Part shown: positions 18,201-25,900 of the stretch, one piece after another
Layout of the letters: every line of letters starts with the position of its first letter
Position numbering within the stretch: the stretch's first letter is position 1
IMG/VR virus record: IMGVR_UViG_3300017914_001091
Span: 1 to 26,318 of that record
Reading direction: 5' to 3' (one strand)
DNA: 26,318 bases
Source: a virus
Lineage: Duplodnaviria > Caudoviricetes
Made by a program: the position numbers and the translations under genes
The notes under the pieces: model-generated
Databases searched by the model: none
What the model was told of the DNA's origin: nothing
The model's input: the letters and a program-made list of their open reading frames with translations, nothing else

Positions 18201-19468
18201 GTAACACAGAGTTTATGGATATTAAGTATGGTAGTATCCAGAAGCTGTTTGCTCGTGAGACAGACTTGCTTGTTTTCCAAGAAGACCAGGTGAGTAAGAT
18301 ATTGTTTGGCAAAAACTTGATTCAAGGAGCTGACGGTAGCGGTAGCTTAGTACAAATAGAACAAGTACTTGGTCAGACCGTGCCTTTTGCTGGAGAATAC
18401 GGCATTGCAAAAAACCCTGAGAGTTTCGCTGAATACGGGGGCAGAATATATTTTACTGATAGTAACAGAGGCTCGGTACTTAGGCTTGGAGCAAACGGCG
18501 TTCAGCCGATTTCGGACTTAGGTATGAAAAACTATTTCCGAACCAACCTGCCTCTACATAATGACAAGTACAATATTGGAGGTTATGACGCCAAGTACAA
18601 CAAGTATGTACTCAACTATAACCAATCAGCCAAGTCAGTCACAGCTCCTATATACGATTGTGCAAGCCAGTTCAATAGAATGGTTATCGCTCAGAATGCG
18701 TTCACATACACTGTAGATGTAGGAGACAATGCAGGTACTTTAAGCATTGCATACGATATTGACGGAAACGCTACGGATACTGTAGATATTGATGTGACCT
18801 ATGCTGGAACAACCACCAACAATGCAGGTCTTAGCGGAACAGGTACATTAACTCAAGTAATTACTTCGGCAAACCTTGCTAATTACAAAACCGCATCGGT
18901 TACAGTGACAGGTAGCTCTACAAATGCAAGAGCGGAGGTAAACTTGACGCATACTTGTCCAACAGAAGGTACGAGAGAGGTTATCATATATGTTATGAAT
19001 GATGTAAATGATGCTGGTAAGACTATTATTAACAGATACAAGGTCAACTCAGGCAACTACTACCAAAAAGTAGATACATTCTCTACCAGCGGTATAGCGA
19101 GAGACGAGACGCTTCTTGCTATAAAGTCAAATGCTTTCATACCAAGAGACCAGGATACGGTTACACTAAGCTCGTACCGCATAAATGGTATACACGACGG
19201 CTTCTTCAATAGCTGTAGTCGTATCGGATATATGGTGAGTGATGCTGTTAAAACAGCTGCTCAAGTACAAGCAGGTGCAACATATTTAACAGAAACAAAT
19301 AGTCACACGGATACTAAAAGAGAAACGACAGGCTCGTTCACCTTCAGCCCTTCAGATGACGATGATAAACTATACTTGATTTTTGACTATCAAGACGGTA
19401 GCTGTACTCCTACAGATGAAGCTCAAAGTCAGGTAGATGAAGACCAAGGACAAGAAAACCCAGCATAA
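15212..19468 (+). CDS. Tail stabilization protein (P22 gp10 / tail tubular B-like), N-terminal part, 1418 aa
   Basis: N-terminus FNKGRMNKDVDERLVPNGEYTDALNI and beta-propeller-like segments (LFFTDNLNPPRMVN; YGSIQKL...LLVFQEDQVS; GEYGIAKNPESFA...IYFTDSNRGSVLRL) recognised as typical of this family in Bacteroidota podoviruses. Confidence 0.7.
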   Translation: MQIKNIFNKGRMNKDVDERLVPNGEYTDALNIRVTNTDDSDSGTVQNEKGNTKLTRINVSGNPRCIGSVSDEANEQIYWFVVNDSGHSYVFEYDAVNDVTSTVLSDTRTGSSQVLGFDKQYKITGANVVYNKTTDETLLFFTDNLNPPRMVNVNRAKAYGSGNFVEDDISLYKKPPRKAPSVLGFNTATEIENGVEDRFFAFAYRYKYLDNQYSALSSFTSYQFTPGLYDVNFSTFENEGMVNQFNGYNITYNTGDKRVTDIQLCFKSPLSGEVFIIDTINKKENDYIDDVERTYTFINNKVYQALPDDELNRIFDNVPLKALAQDVIEDRLVFGNYTTQYDIKENESDEGTIPVDYQAEALSYSRTGEEGTFTRASSNTQIKLDFSGFDLFKGYRISLFADLESPSTGSPAYFNGSYNTDMSFVLSQNYANATALYNSDDFTEFLKAFSADFKKNVSTTSPANTVTPITYGSFTKTAVSGNVITITAPVNTHTVDNTPADSNDNDFTDNTETFTWKDSSEFYVYESANNLSLKSNRSYDFGIVYLDKYGRYSTVIMNSDDDGSDKSSFFVPVRDSININKAKLTIKHKAPYWADRYKFFVKQNKGLHYNIYGSVNYEEGQYMWVLLNGNNAQKVEEGMTLLVKSDDNGPLNNVVKVQVLEVTTKSGADALEGSEGWIDGNEDADGNAIKEVNGTYMKIRPAGFTYDYKPENYITYEGSQTVGIWNQLGPNSNAGLSVKQQYAKVKMDNILQNYDGTNYTDIDLEAGDYITIKMNSHNQFDTDGDEIHSYEAQFILKNDYQHASGGVNALHKWLEDETAWSYDSSTQLWTTPNDEFTWKFETLSGGSRRLTAETTQVTRRRDGNGKIKVEIRIQKNQGIVVFETDPTQVDTPIYYETEDVFDIVNGLHKGNLQDQTSSVDAEVELTFGNCFSFGNGVESVSIRDSRFAESLAIDLRPNIALTDGFKEQTVKHGLIYSGSFNENTLYNSLNEFNASRGNTEFMDIKYGSIQKLFARETDLLVFQEDQVSKILFGKNLIQGADGSGSLVQIEQVLGQTVPFAGEYGIAKNPESFAEYGGRIYFTDSNRGSVLRLGANGVQPISDLGMKNYFRTNLPLHNDKYNIGGYDAKYNKYVLNYNQSAKSVTAPIYDCASQFNRMVIAQNAFTYTVDVGDNAGTLSIAYDIDGNATDTVDIDVTYAGTTTNNAGLSGTGTLTQVITSANLANYKTASVTVTGSSTNARAEVNLTHTCPTEGTREVIIYVMNDVNDAGKTIINRYKVNSGNYYQKVDTFSTSGIARDETLLAIKSNAFIPRDQDTVTLSSYRINGIHDGFFNSCSRIGYMVSDAVKTAAQVQAGATYLTETNSHTDTKRETTGSFTFSPSDDDDKLYLIFDYQDGSCTPTDEAQSQVDEDQGQENPA

Positions 19469-19470
19469 TT

Positions 19471-20232
19471 ATGTCAACAACACTTTCTTTTTCAGATGTA
19501 TCTCAAGGTTGGGTAAGCTTTCACTCTTACAACCCTGAATGGATGCAAAACTTAGGTTCAAACTTCTATTCTTTTAAGGATGGAGACCTGTACCTTCATG
19601 ACGATAACGATACTCGTGGAAAATTCTACGGTACTTCGTATCCTTCTACCGTTACATTTTCTGTAAACAAGGGCGCCTCTGATGTCAAGGTTTTTAAGGC
19701 TATGAAGCTTGAAACCGACACAAGTGGGTGGTCTGCTGACCTGACGAGTGAAATGGAAAGCGGTGAGATATCGTCATCGTCTTGGTCAGAAAAAGAGCGT
19801 ATGTTCTATGCCTACATTCGAAGAAAATCAACCGACAAGCTCAACTACAATGAGTTATCTATTCAAGGTATTGGTGAGCTTGATGGCGACCCAAGTGGAT
19901 TAGACTTGACTTTTACAAGTGATATCCCAAATCAAGTAGGCGCTGCGAATGCAGATGGTACTGGTGGTGATGAGCTATACTTTGAAGATGACACTAATAA
20001 CCAAATCAAGCGTATTGGTGTAATTGACACCTACGACGGAAAGACTATAACTATTTTAAATTCGCTTGACAACACTCCAGCAGATGGAGACTTTTGTTTT
20101 GTGGTAAAAGACCCACAATCTGAAAGCTACGGACTACGTGGTTTTCATGCAATTGTTAAGCTATCATACTCTGGGGGTGCAGATGTAGAGCTGTTTGCCG
20201 CTAACACTGAGGTGTTCCAGAGCTACATGTAA
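19471..20232 (+). CDS. Tail structural protein, probably the separated C-terminal part of the stabilization protein, 253 aa
   Basis: Begins TLSFSDVSQGWVSFHSYNPEWM...FYSFKDGDLYLHD and ends GLRGFH...VELFAANTEVFQSY, which read as the usual terminal segments of that family. Confidence 0.6.
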   Translation: MSTTLSFSDVSQGWVSFHSYNPEWMQNLGSNFYSFKDGDLYLHDDNDTRGKFYGTSYPSTVTFSVNKGASDVKVFKAMKLETDTSGWSADLTSEMESGEISSSSWSEKERMFYAYIRRKSTDKLNYNELSIQGIGELDGDPSGLDLTFTSDIPNQVGAANADGTGGDELYFEDDTNNQIKRIGVIDTYDGKTITILNSLDNTPADGDFCFVVKDPQSESYGLRGFHAIVKLSYSGGADVELFAANTEVFQSYM

Positions 20233-20237
20233 ATTCG

Positions 20238-20245
20238 TATATTTG
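20238..20245 (+). promoter_or_regulatory. Bacteroidota -7 promoter box (TATATTTG) for the internal virion protein operon
   Basis: CGTATATTTGTA in the 34-nt intergenic gap, with the same TATATTTGTA core as the 3996 promoter, 21 nt before ATG 20267. Confidence 0.7.
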
Positions 20246-20266
20246 TAATACTTATCTGATAAGACT

Positions 20267-21040
20267 ATGGCAATACTAACAACAATCGGACTACTCGCAG
20301 GAGGAGCCTCAGCATTAGCGGAGTTTGGGATGGGTTTCCAAGCAAGAAAAGACGCTCAGATTGGCCTTGAGGAGTTCGAAAGACAGACTCTTATAAACCC
20401 GTACGAGTCAATCAAGCCATCGTTGGCTACAGAAAACACAGCATTGAACAGAATTAGCGAAGGAATGGCTAATGTAAGAGACGTATCAGCAGGTATGGAC
20501 GCATCTTCAGCATTAGCCACACTTAGCGTAGGTAACGAACAGGCAGGAAAACAACGCCAAGATGTTATCAATAACATGATGCAAATTCAAAACAAGATTG
20601 ATTTTGCAAGTGCAGGAGCTGAAATGAACCTTCAAGACATCAAAGAGCGAAGAGATGAGGTTGATTTAGCTTCTTTACAAGCACAGTTTGCTTCAGGTAC
20701 GCAAGATATGTTTGACGGTGCTATGGGTGTCGCAAACCTTAGCTTGCAGGCTGGTCTTTCTGAGGAGATGCGTGAAGCAGGACTTGGTATTGACAAAAGA
20801 GCCGCTCGCATTAGCAGTCCTTTTTCTTTAAAGTCAAATGCAAACGATGGAACAGCATTGCCAGGGTTTGGCGTTAATGGACTTACTGATGCGGGGACTT
20901 TGGAGTTTGGATTCACTCCCGGCCAAATAGCTCCAACATATAGTGAGGCTATGGGTAGATATATGAAAGGTAAAGCAACATTGGCTGATTTGAGGGTATT
21001 AGGGCCAACACTTTCAACAATACAAAGAATATTCGATTAG
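20267..21040 (+). CDS. Probable internal virion / DNA ejection protein (small; T7 gp14- or P22 gp7-like role)
   Basis: Hydrophobic Gly/Ala-rich N-terminus (MAILTTIGLLAGGASALAEFGMG), then Ala/Gln-rich helices. First gene after the tail genes. Confidence 0.55.
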   Translation: MAILTTIGLLAGGASALAEFGMGFQARKDAQIGLEEFERQTLINPYESIKPSLATENTALNRISEGMANVRDVSAGMDASSALATLSVGNEQAGKQRQDVINNMMQIQNKIDFASAGAEMNLQDIKERRDEVDLASLQAQFASGTQDMFDGAMGVANLSLQAGLSEEMREAGLGIDKRAARISSPFSLKSNANDGTALPGFGVNGLTDAGTLEFGFTPGQIAPTYSEAMGRYMKGKATLADLRVLGPTLSTIQRIFD

Positions 21041-21041
21041 C

Positions 21042-22997
21042 ATGGGTTATAGGGGAGGATATAATCTCAAAGCAGTAGAAACAGATTACGCTGGTTTTGC
21101 TAATCGCTACGAACAGGGCAAGAAGACTGCTGAGGCTGCAAGAGAAAATGTAAGAAAAGAAAGACAAGAGCAGATTGCTGCGCTTGTTGAAGCGAGTGAT
21201 TTCCAATACACGGGTATCGCGGATATCGACAATGTGTATTTAGCAGCGGCTCAGAAGTTGCGTTCATCATTGATGGATGTACATAGAGCCAATCAAGCGG
21301 GTCAGATGAGCCGTAGTGACGCTACGCGTTACCAAGCAAACTTCATGAGTCAGGCACAAAAAATATCTCGTGTTGCCGAGTTCAAGCAAAAGCAAGTAGC
21401 GGATTTACAGAAGGCTATTGATAAAGGAGACGCTTCTCAATTATCTATGGACTTGATTAAGACAGACTTCATGCTTCCTGAGGGGCTACAGCAAACTTAT
21501 GTTGACAAGAACGGTAATGTTCAGATGGCAAACAGAAGAATGGCTGTCGACTTGTTAGGCGAGGAAAATGGTGTGCCGCAACTAAGTTTCTTACAGGCAA
21601 CAGAGACTATAGGCCCCGATGGTAAGGTGCTTAGAAACTTTGGTTCACGTACTATTAATGAAACTGTATCTACTGAAAAGCCGAACTATCGTCAATTGAC
21701 CGCAGAAGAGCGCAGTAAAGAGATGATTACAGCTGTTGCTAAGAAGCCAACTTTAGGTGTTGATGAAACAGGGCAACCTGTTACTAATGCTTTGTATCAA
21801 TACAGGTACGATATGGGCAATAAAATGAATGCTATTGACCAATACAACCCTGCGGAGTTTGATTACTTCAGAAACAATACTGAGCTGATGATTGCTTCGA
21901 CGAGCATTAATGATAAGTTATCAATTTTATATAGCGCAGATGCAAGGTTGCTGGGACAAAGAGAGATGCGGTCTGCAGAAGAAGTCGATGAAGTATACAA
22001 CCAAGGGGGTAATGGGTTTTTGTATGACAAAGATGGTAATCCATTAAGTTTGAAATCTGACCCGTTGATTATCAACTTGGACGAGAACATGAAGCCTTAT
22101 CTCACAGAAGACCAAGAGAATTATGTTGATGCGATTATTAGAAGCAATTTCTACAATCAAATCGGCATTACCCGTGATAAGATTAGTGGATATGTAACTA
22201 CTGGCGGAGGCGGTGGCAGAACCCCAAAAGATAAAGTGGTGATTAGTGGTGCGGACTTTAATCTTGACCCTAATTTCAAAGACATGAACACCGCAAACCC
22301 ACAAACTGTAAAGGTTTCTGGTACTGAAGGTGTTGGCTATATGAAACAGTTGTTGTACGAAGAGCAGGTTCTTTCAACGGCTGCACGGAATGGTAATGTT
22401 CAGTCTGGGCAGGACGAGTACGACCAATACGTTATGGGTGGTAAAGCAAGTGCACCTGCAGGAAGCACTGATAATACCTTTGGAAATGTACAGACGGCTC
22501 ATGGTTTTACCGTGAATGGTATTGACGACTACGCTAAAAAGAACCTCAATGTTATATCACAGGGTAACCGTGAAATGAATACCGCTGAGGGATTTGTGAT
22601 TACTGTAGAGAAGATAGGTAACGAGAGACAAGTTGGTCTATATTTGACAGGAACAGTAAATATTAGAAACACCAAGCTTGCAGGAGCACAGGGCGCTGTT
22701 CAGAACCCTAAGAATCCAAGCGTTCAAGGCTCAGGTGGTACCGCACAAGCTTCAACAGAAATTAAGTCTGATATGGCTAATGCTTCAAACTCGAATGCTA
22801 TTTCCAAACGTCAGACACCACAACAAGCTCGTAAATTGTTCTTGCATTTAATTAAGGAAGATAGCAACATGAGGGCTTGGGCGAACAGAACTGTTTCTCC
22901 AACTACAGGAAAGGTATTTGGTACCAATCTACAAGGTGCAGATAATATTATAGAAGTGCTTGAGGCATATTACCAAACAAATTCGCGCAGTAACTAA
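21042..22997 (+). CDS. Probable internal virion / ejection protein (medium), 651 aa
   Basis: Helical N-terminal region and a Gly5 linker; the translation has no Cys. Second of a small-medium-large trio. Confidence 0.55.
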   Translation: MGYRGGYNLKAVETDYAGFANRYEQGKKTAEAARENVRKERQEQIAALVEASDFQYTGIADIDNVYLAAAQKLRSSLMDVHRANQAGQMSRSDATRYQANFMSQAQKISRVAEFKQKQVADLQKAIDKGDASQLSMDLIKTDFMLPEGLQQTYVDKNGNVQMANRRMAVDLLGEENGVPQLSFLQATETIGPDGKVLRNFGSRTINETVSTEKPNYRQLTAEERSKEMITAVAKKPTLGVDETGQPVTNALYQYRYDMGNKMNAIDQYNPAEFDYFRNNTELMIASTSINDKLSILYSADARLLGQREMRSAEEVDEVYNQGGNGFLYDKDGNPLSLKSDPLIINLDENMKPYLTEDQENYVDAIIRSNFYNQIGITRDKISGYVTTGGGGGRTPKDKVVISGADFNLDPNFKDMNTANPQTVKVSGTEGVGYMKQLLYEEQVLSTAARNGNVQSGQDEYDQYVMGGKASAPAGSTDNTFGNVQTAHGFTVNGIDDYAKKNLNVISQGNREMNTAEGFVITVEKIGNERQVGLYLTGTVNIRNTKLAGAQGAVQNPKNPSVQGSGGTAQASTEIKSDMANASNSNAISKRQTPQQARKLFLHLIKEDSNMRAWANRTVSPTTGKVFGTNLQGADNIIEVLEAYYQTNSRSN

Positions 22998-25900
22998 TGA
23001 TTGTGAACAACAACATCCCACAGGCACAGCCGACTGAACCAAAGAAAAAGTTCAGCGCAAAAAAGTCTTACGAGTGGCTTAACACCTTCAACAAAGAGCA
23101 TGGTGGTAAGCTAACCGAAAATCAAATTGCGCAGTTTTCTAAAGACCCAAAGTTCTGGTTTAGAGACATTTACGGATTCTCTGGCGTAAAAATGCCCTCT
23201 CAGTTAGAGCTTGATAACATCTACGATAGCTTTTTGATGGAGGAAAGTCCAGAGCCTTCTGATAAAGGACGTGTCTTGAACACCGCTGAAGCATCTCAAA
23301 AAAAAAAGAATTTGGAATTGCAATCGTCTTTGGCACAAGACGTCTCTTCTTTGGTATCACAAAAGAAGCAACCCAAAACATCTAAGCCATCACAACCTCA
23401 AGGTGATTTAAGAGACGAAGAGTTCTCTGGATTTGACCAATATGACATATACCAAATGCCTGCAAACTTTGAAAACGCAGGAAAGGTTGATTGGGCAAGA
23501 ATCAAAAACGAAAAGGCTCCTGTAAAAAGAGGGAACAGTGAGCAGGCAATCTCTGAATACAACGACAAGAACAAGCTCTACATCTCAGAACAGCGTATGC
23601 TTGAGGAAGCAGAGCGTGATTTAGGTGAAGACTTTTGGTTACGCCCAAAGATTATGCCTGATAATCCTCGTATGTTCAACGAGGGTGCGACTGTTTCAAT
23701 GCAGATTGAAAATCAAGACGCTTCTTTCTTCAATATGAATGAAGAAGATGCTGAAAGTGAATTTAACACCACCTATGGTCGCTTTGGATTTAGTGCCAAG
23801 CAAACAGGGGTAGCTTCCAACAAGTTGTTAATCACCGCTCCAAACGGCGAGACTAAAGAGGTTCAGTTGTTTACGCCAGCCTATAAAATTAAAGCAGGTG
23901 TTGTAGGTGATGAACTATACAGAGAGCAAGTTCAAAGAAACAATCTTGTAGATTGGATGAAGGGGAGCGCTTCTCAGTCATTTGATTTTTTGTACGACGG
24001 ATTACAAAATGAAAATCCAGGCTTTATTAAGCAGTTTGTAGAACTCAAGTTCAACGACGGTCTTTATAATACCGTTAACAAGGATGTATTGAATGATGTG
24101 GATATGGCTTTTTTGTATCCCACTAATCAAGGTCTTGGGTTCAACTATGTAATGGCAGAGCAGTATCTGCAATCAGCGCTGTTTGACGCCAAAAGAAATT
24201 TGCTTGCTGAAAAGCAAAAGTCTAAAGAAGACTATGTCTCTTCAGGTGGTCGACCTGTATCTTACTCAGCTAAAACTCAATCGAAGCGTGATGCTAAATT
24301 AAGAGTTGAGAACCTGCAAGGTGAATACGACAGATACATATCTCAGAAAGAAGTTATCAGTCAAAACATTGGGCACGCTTTTTTAAATACTGGCAAGTAT
24401 CGTGATTACGACTTTGCTAACAACGAAGAGTCTGTACGAGAGTTGGCTATTGTAGGACTTAGTCCTTTGGATATGCCGCTCGAGCAAATCCGATTAAACG
24501 GCAAAGCTTCTACAGCTCGTGAGGTTCAAACGATTATGGGTGATGTAAGTATGCTTGCAGATATCCGTGAAGGTCGTATTGATATTCAAATTGACGATAA
24601 GTACGAGTTTGGCTCTCTAACAATGCAGAATGTTGTAGCTCAGGCAAAAGCACTACAGAAAAGAAACAAGGCTTTCTATCTGACAGTGAATCCTGAGAAC
24701 ACAGAGAAGATGAACGAAGCTCTTGAGTTTGCAACGAATGCGCCTAAGTTTGCCCCGTGGTGGATGAAAGCCAAGACAAATGTCGGGGACTTCTTCCAGC
24801 AGTTTGGTATTAGTGTAATGGACGCTGTATCTCACGTTGACTACGCTGTTAATGACATGTATGAGCTTGCAGGATTAGACCCTGAACAAGCAAGGAAAGA
24901 ACAGCGCAAAACAGCTTTCGACGGAACAGAGACAGGTAATAACCTTAGAGCAATGTCCAGAGGCGGTATGATGCCTATGCGTGACCCTATACACCCGTCT
25001 GTTGTAAAGGAGCTACGTGAAGAATACCTGCCTTTTTACAATACAAGTATTACAGATGTTGAAAGCTTTGCCGAGTTGATGGTGAAGGGTGGTGATGGTT
25101 TGGCTCAAAGCTTACCAATTACAAGCCTTTTTATGCTTCGTCCTGAGCTGGGTCTTGCTGCTGTAGCCGCTACTTCATACGGCTCAGCATTGTATGAAAT
25201 AGACGAGAAGATTAAACTCGCAATTGAGGCTGGTGATGCAGGTGCTGTTAGAGAATTTGAGCAACTTAAACTTGCAGAGATGAGCAAGGGTGATGCTCGT
25301 GCTCACGCCTTGAGTTTAGCTGCGACTGAGACCGCTATCACCCGTGTGTTTACATACAACTTCTTCAGAAAAGCAATGGCGGCAAAGAACTTTGCGGGTA
25401 CAAAGAATGCTATCAATGCTCAGAAGCTGGCGAATGCATACGGTAAAGACTTTTATGCAACAACACTTCGTAGATATAGTACATATTTAGGTATATCTCC
25501 ATCAGCGATGGCTACAGAGTTCACCGAGGAAGAAGCTATTGCTCTTTCAAGAATGGCTATAGAACAAGCTTGGGGTGTCAAAGACTACACTCATGAAGAG
25601 ATGATGGAGTATGTAGAGTCCACAGGTTTGAACTCGCTATTCAGCTCTATCGGTCTATCTCAAATGGCTGCAGCAGGTCACCGCAGAAACTACAAAAACG
25701 TAGTAAACCAAACACTGCAAAACAATATTATCGTAGACAATGAAGCGAGACACGTACAGCGCTTTGTTGATGCAGATAAACTCTTAAAACAAGAACAGGG
25801 CAAAGAGAACCCGAACCAAGAGGTTATTGCTGGATTGGAAGATGTGGTAAGCAGAGAGGCTGAGGTTCTTTCAACTTTCCGTAAGCGCAAGCAAGAGCTT

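Noticed and set aside
23059-23065. Second in-phase A_AAA_AAG heptamer at codons 21-23 of the giant gene
   Set aside because: The -1 frame stops after five codons (VLRVA) and I see no clear downstream structure. Likely a chance Lys-Lys pair.
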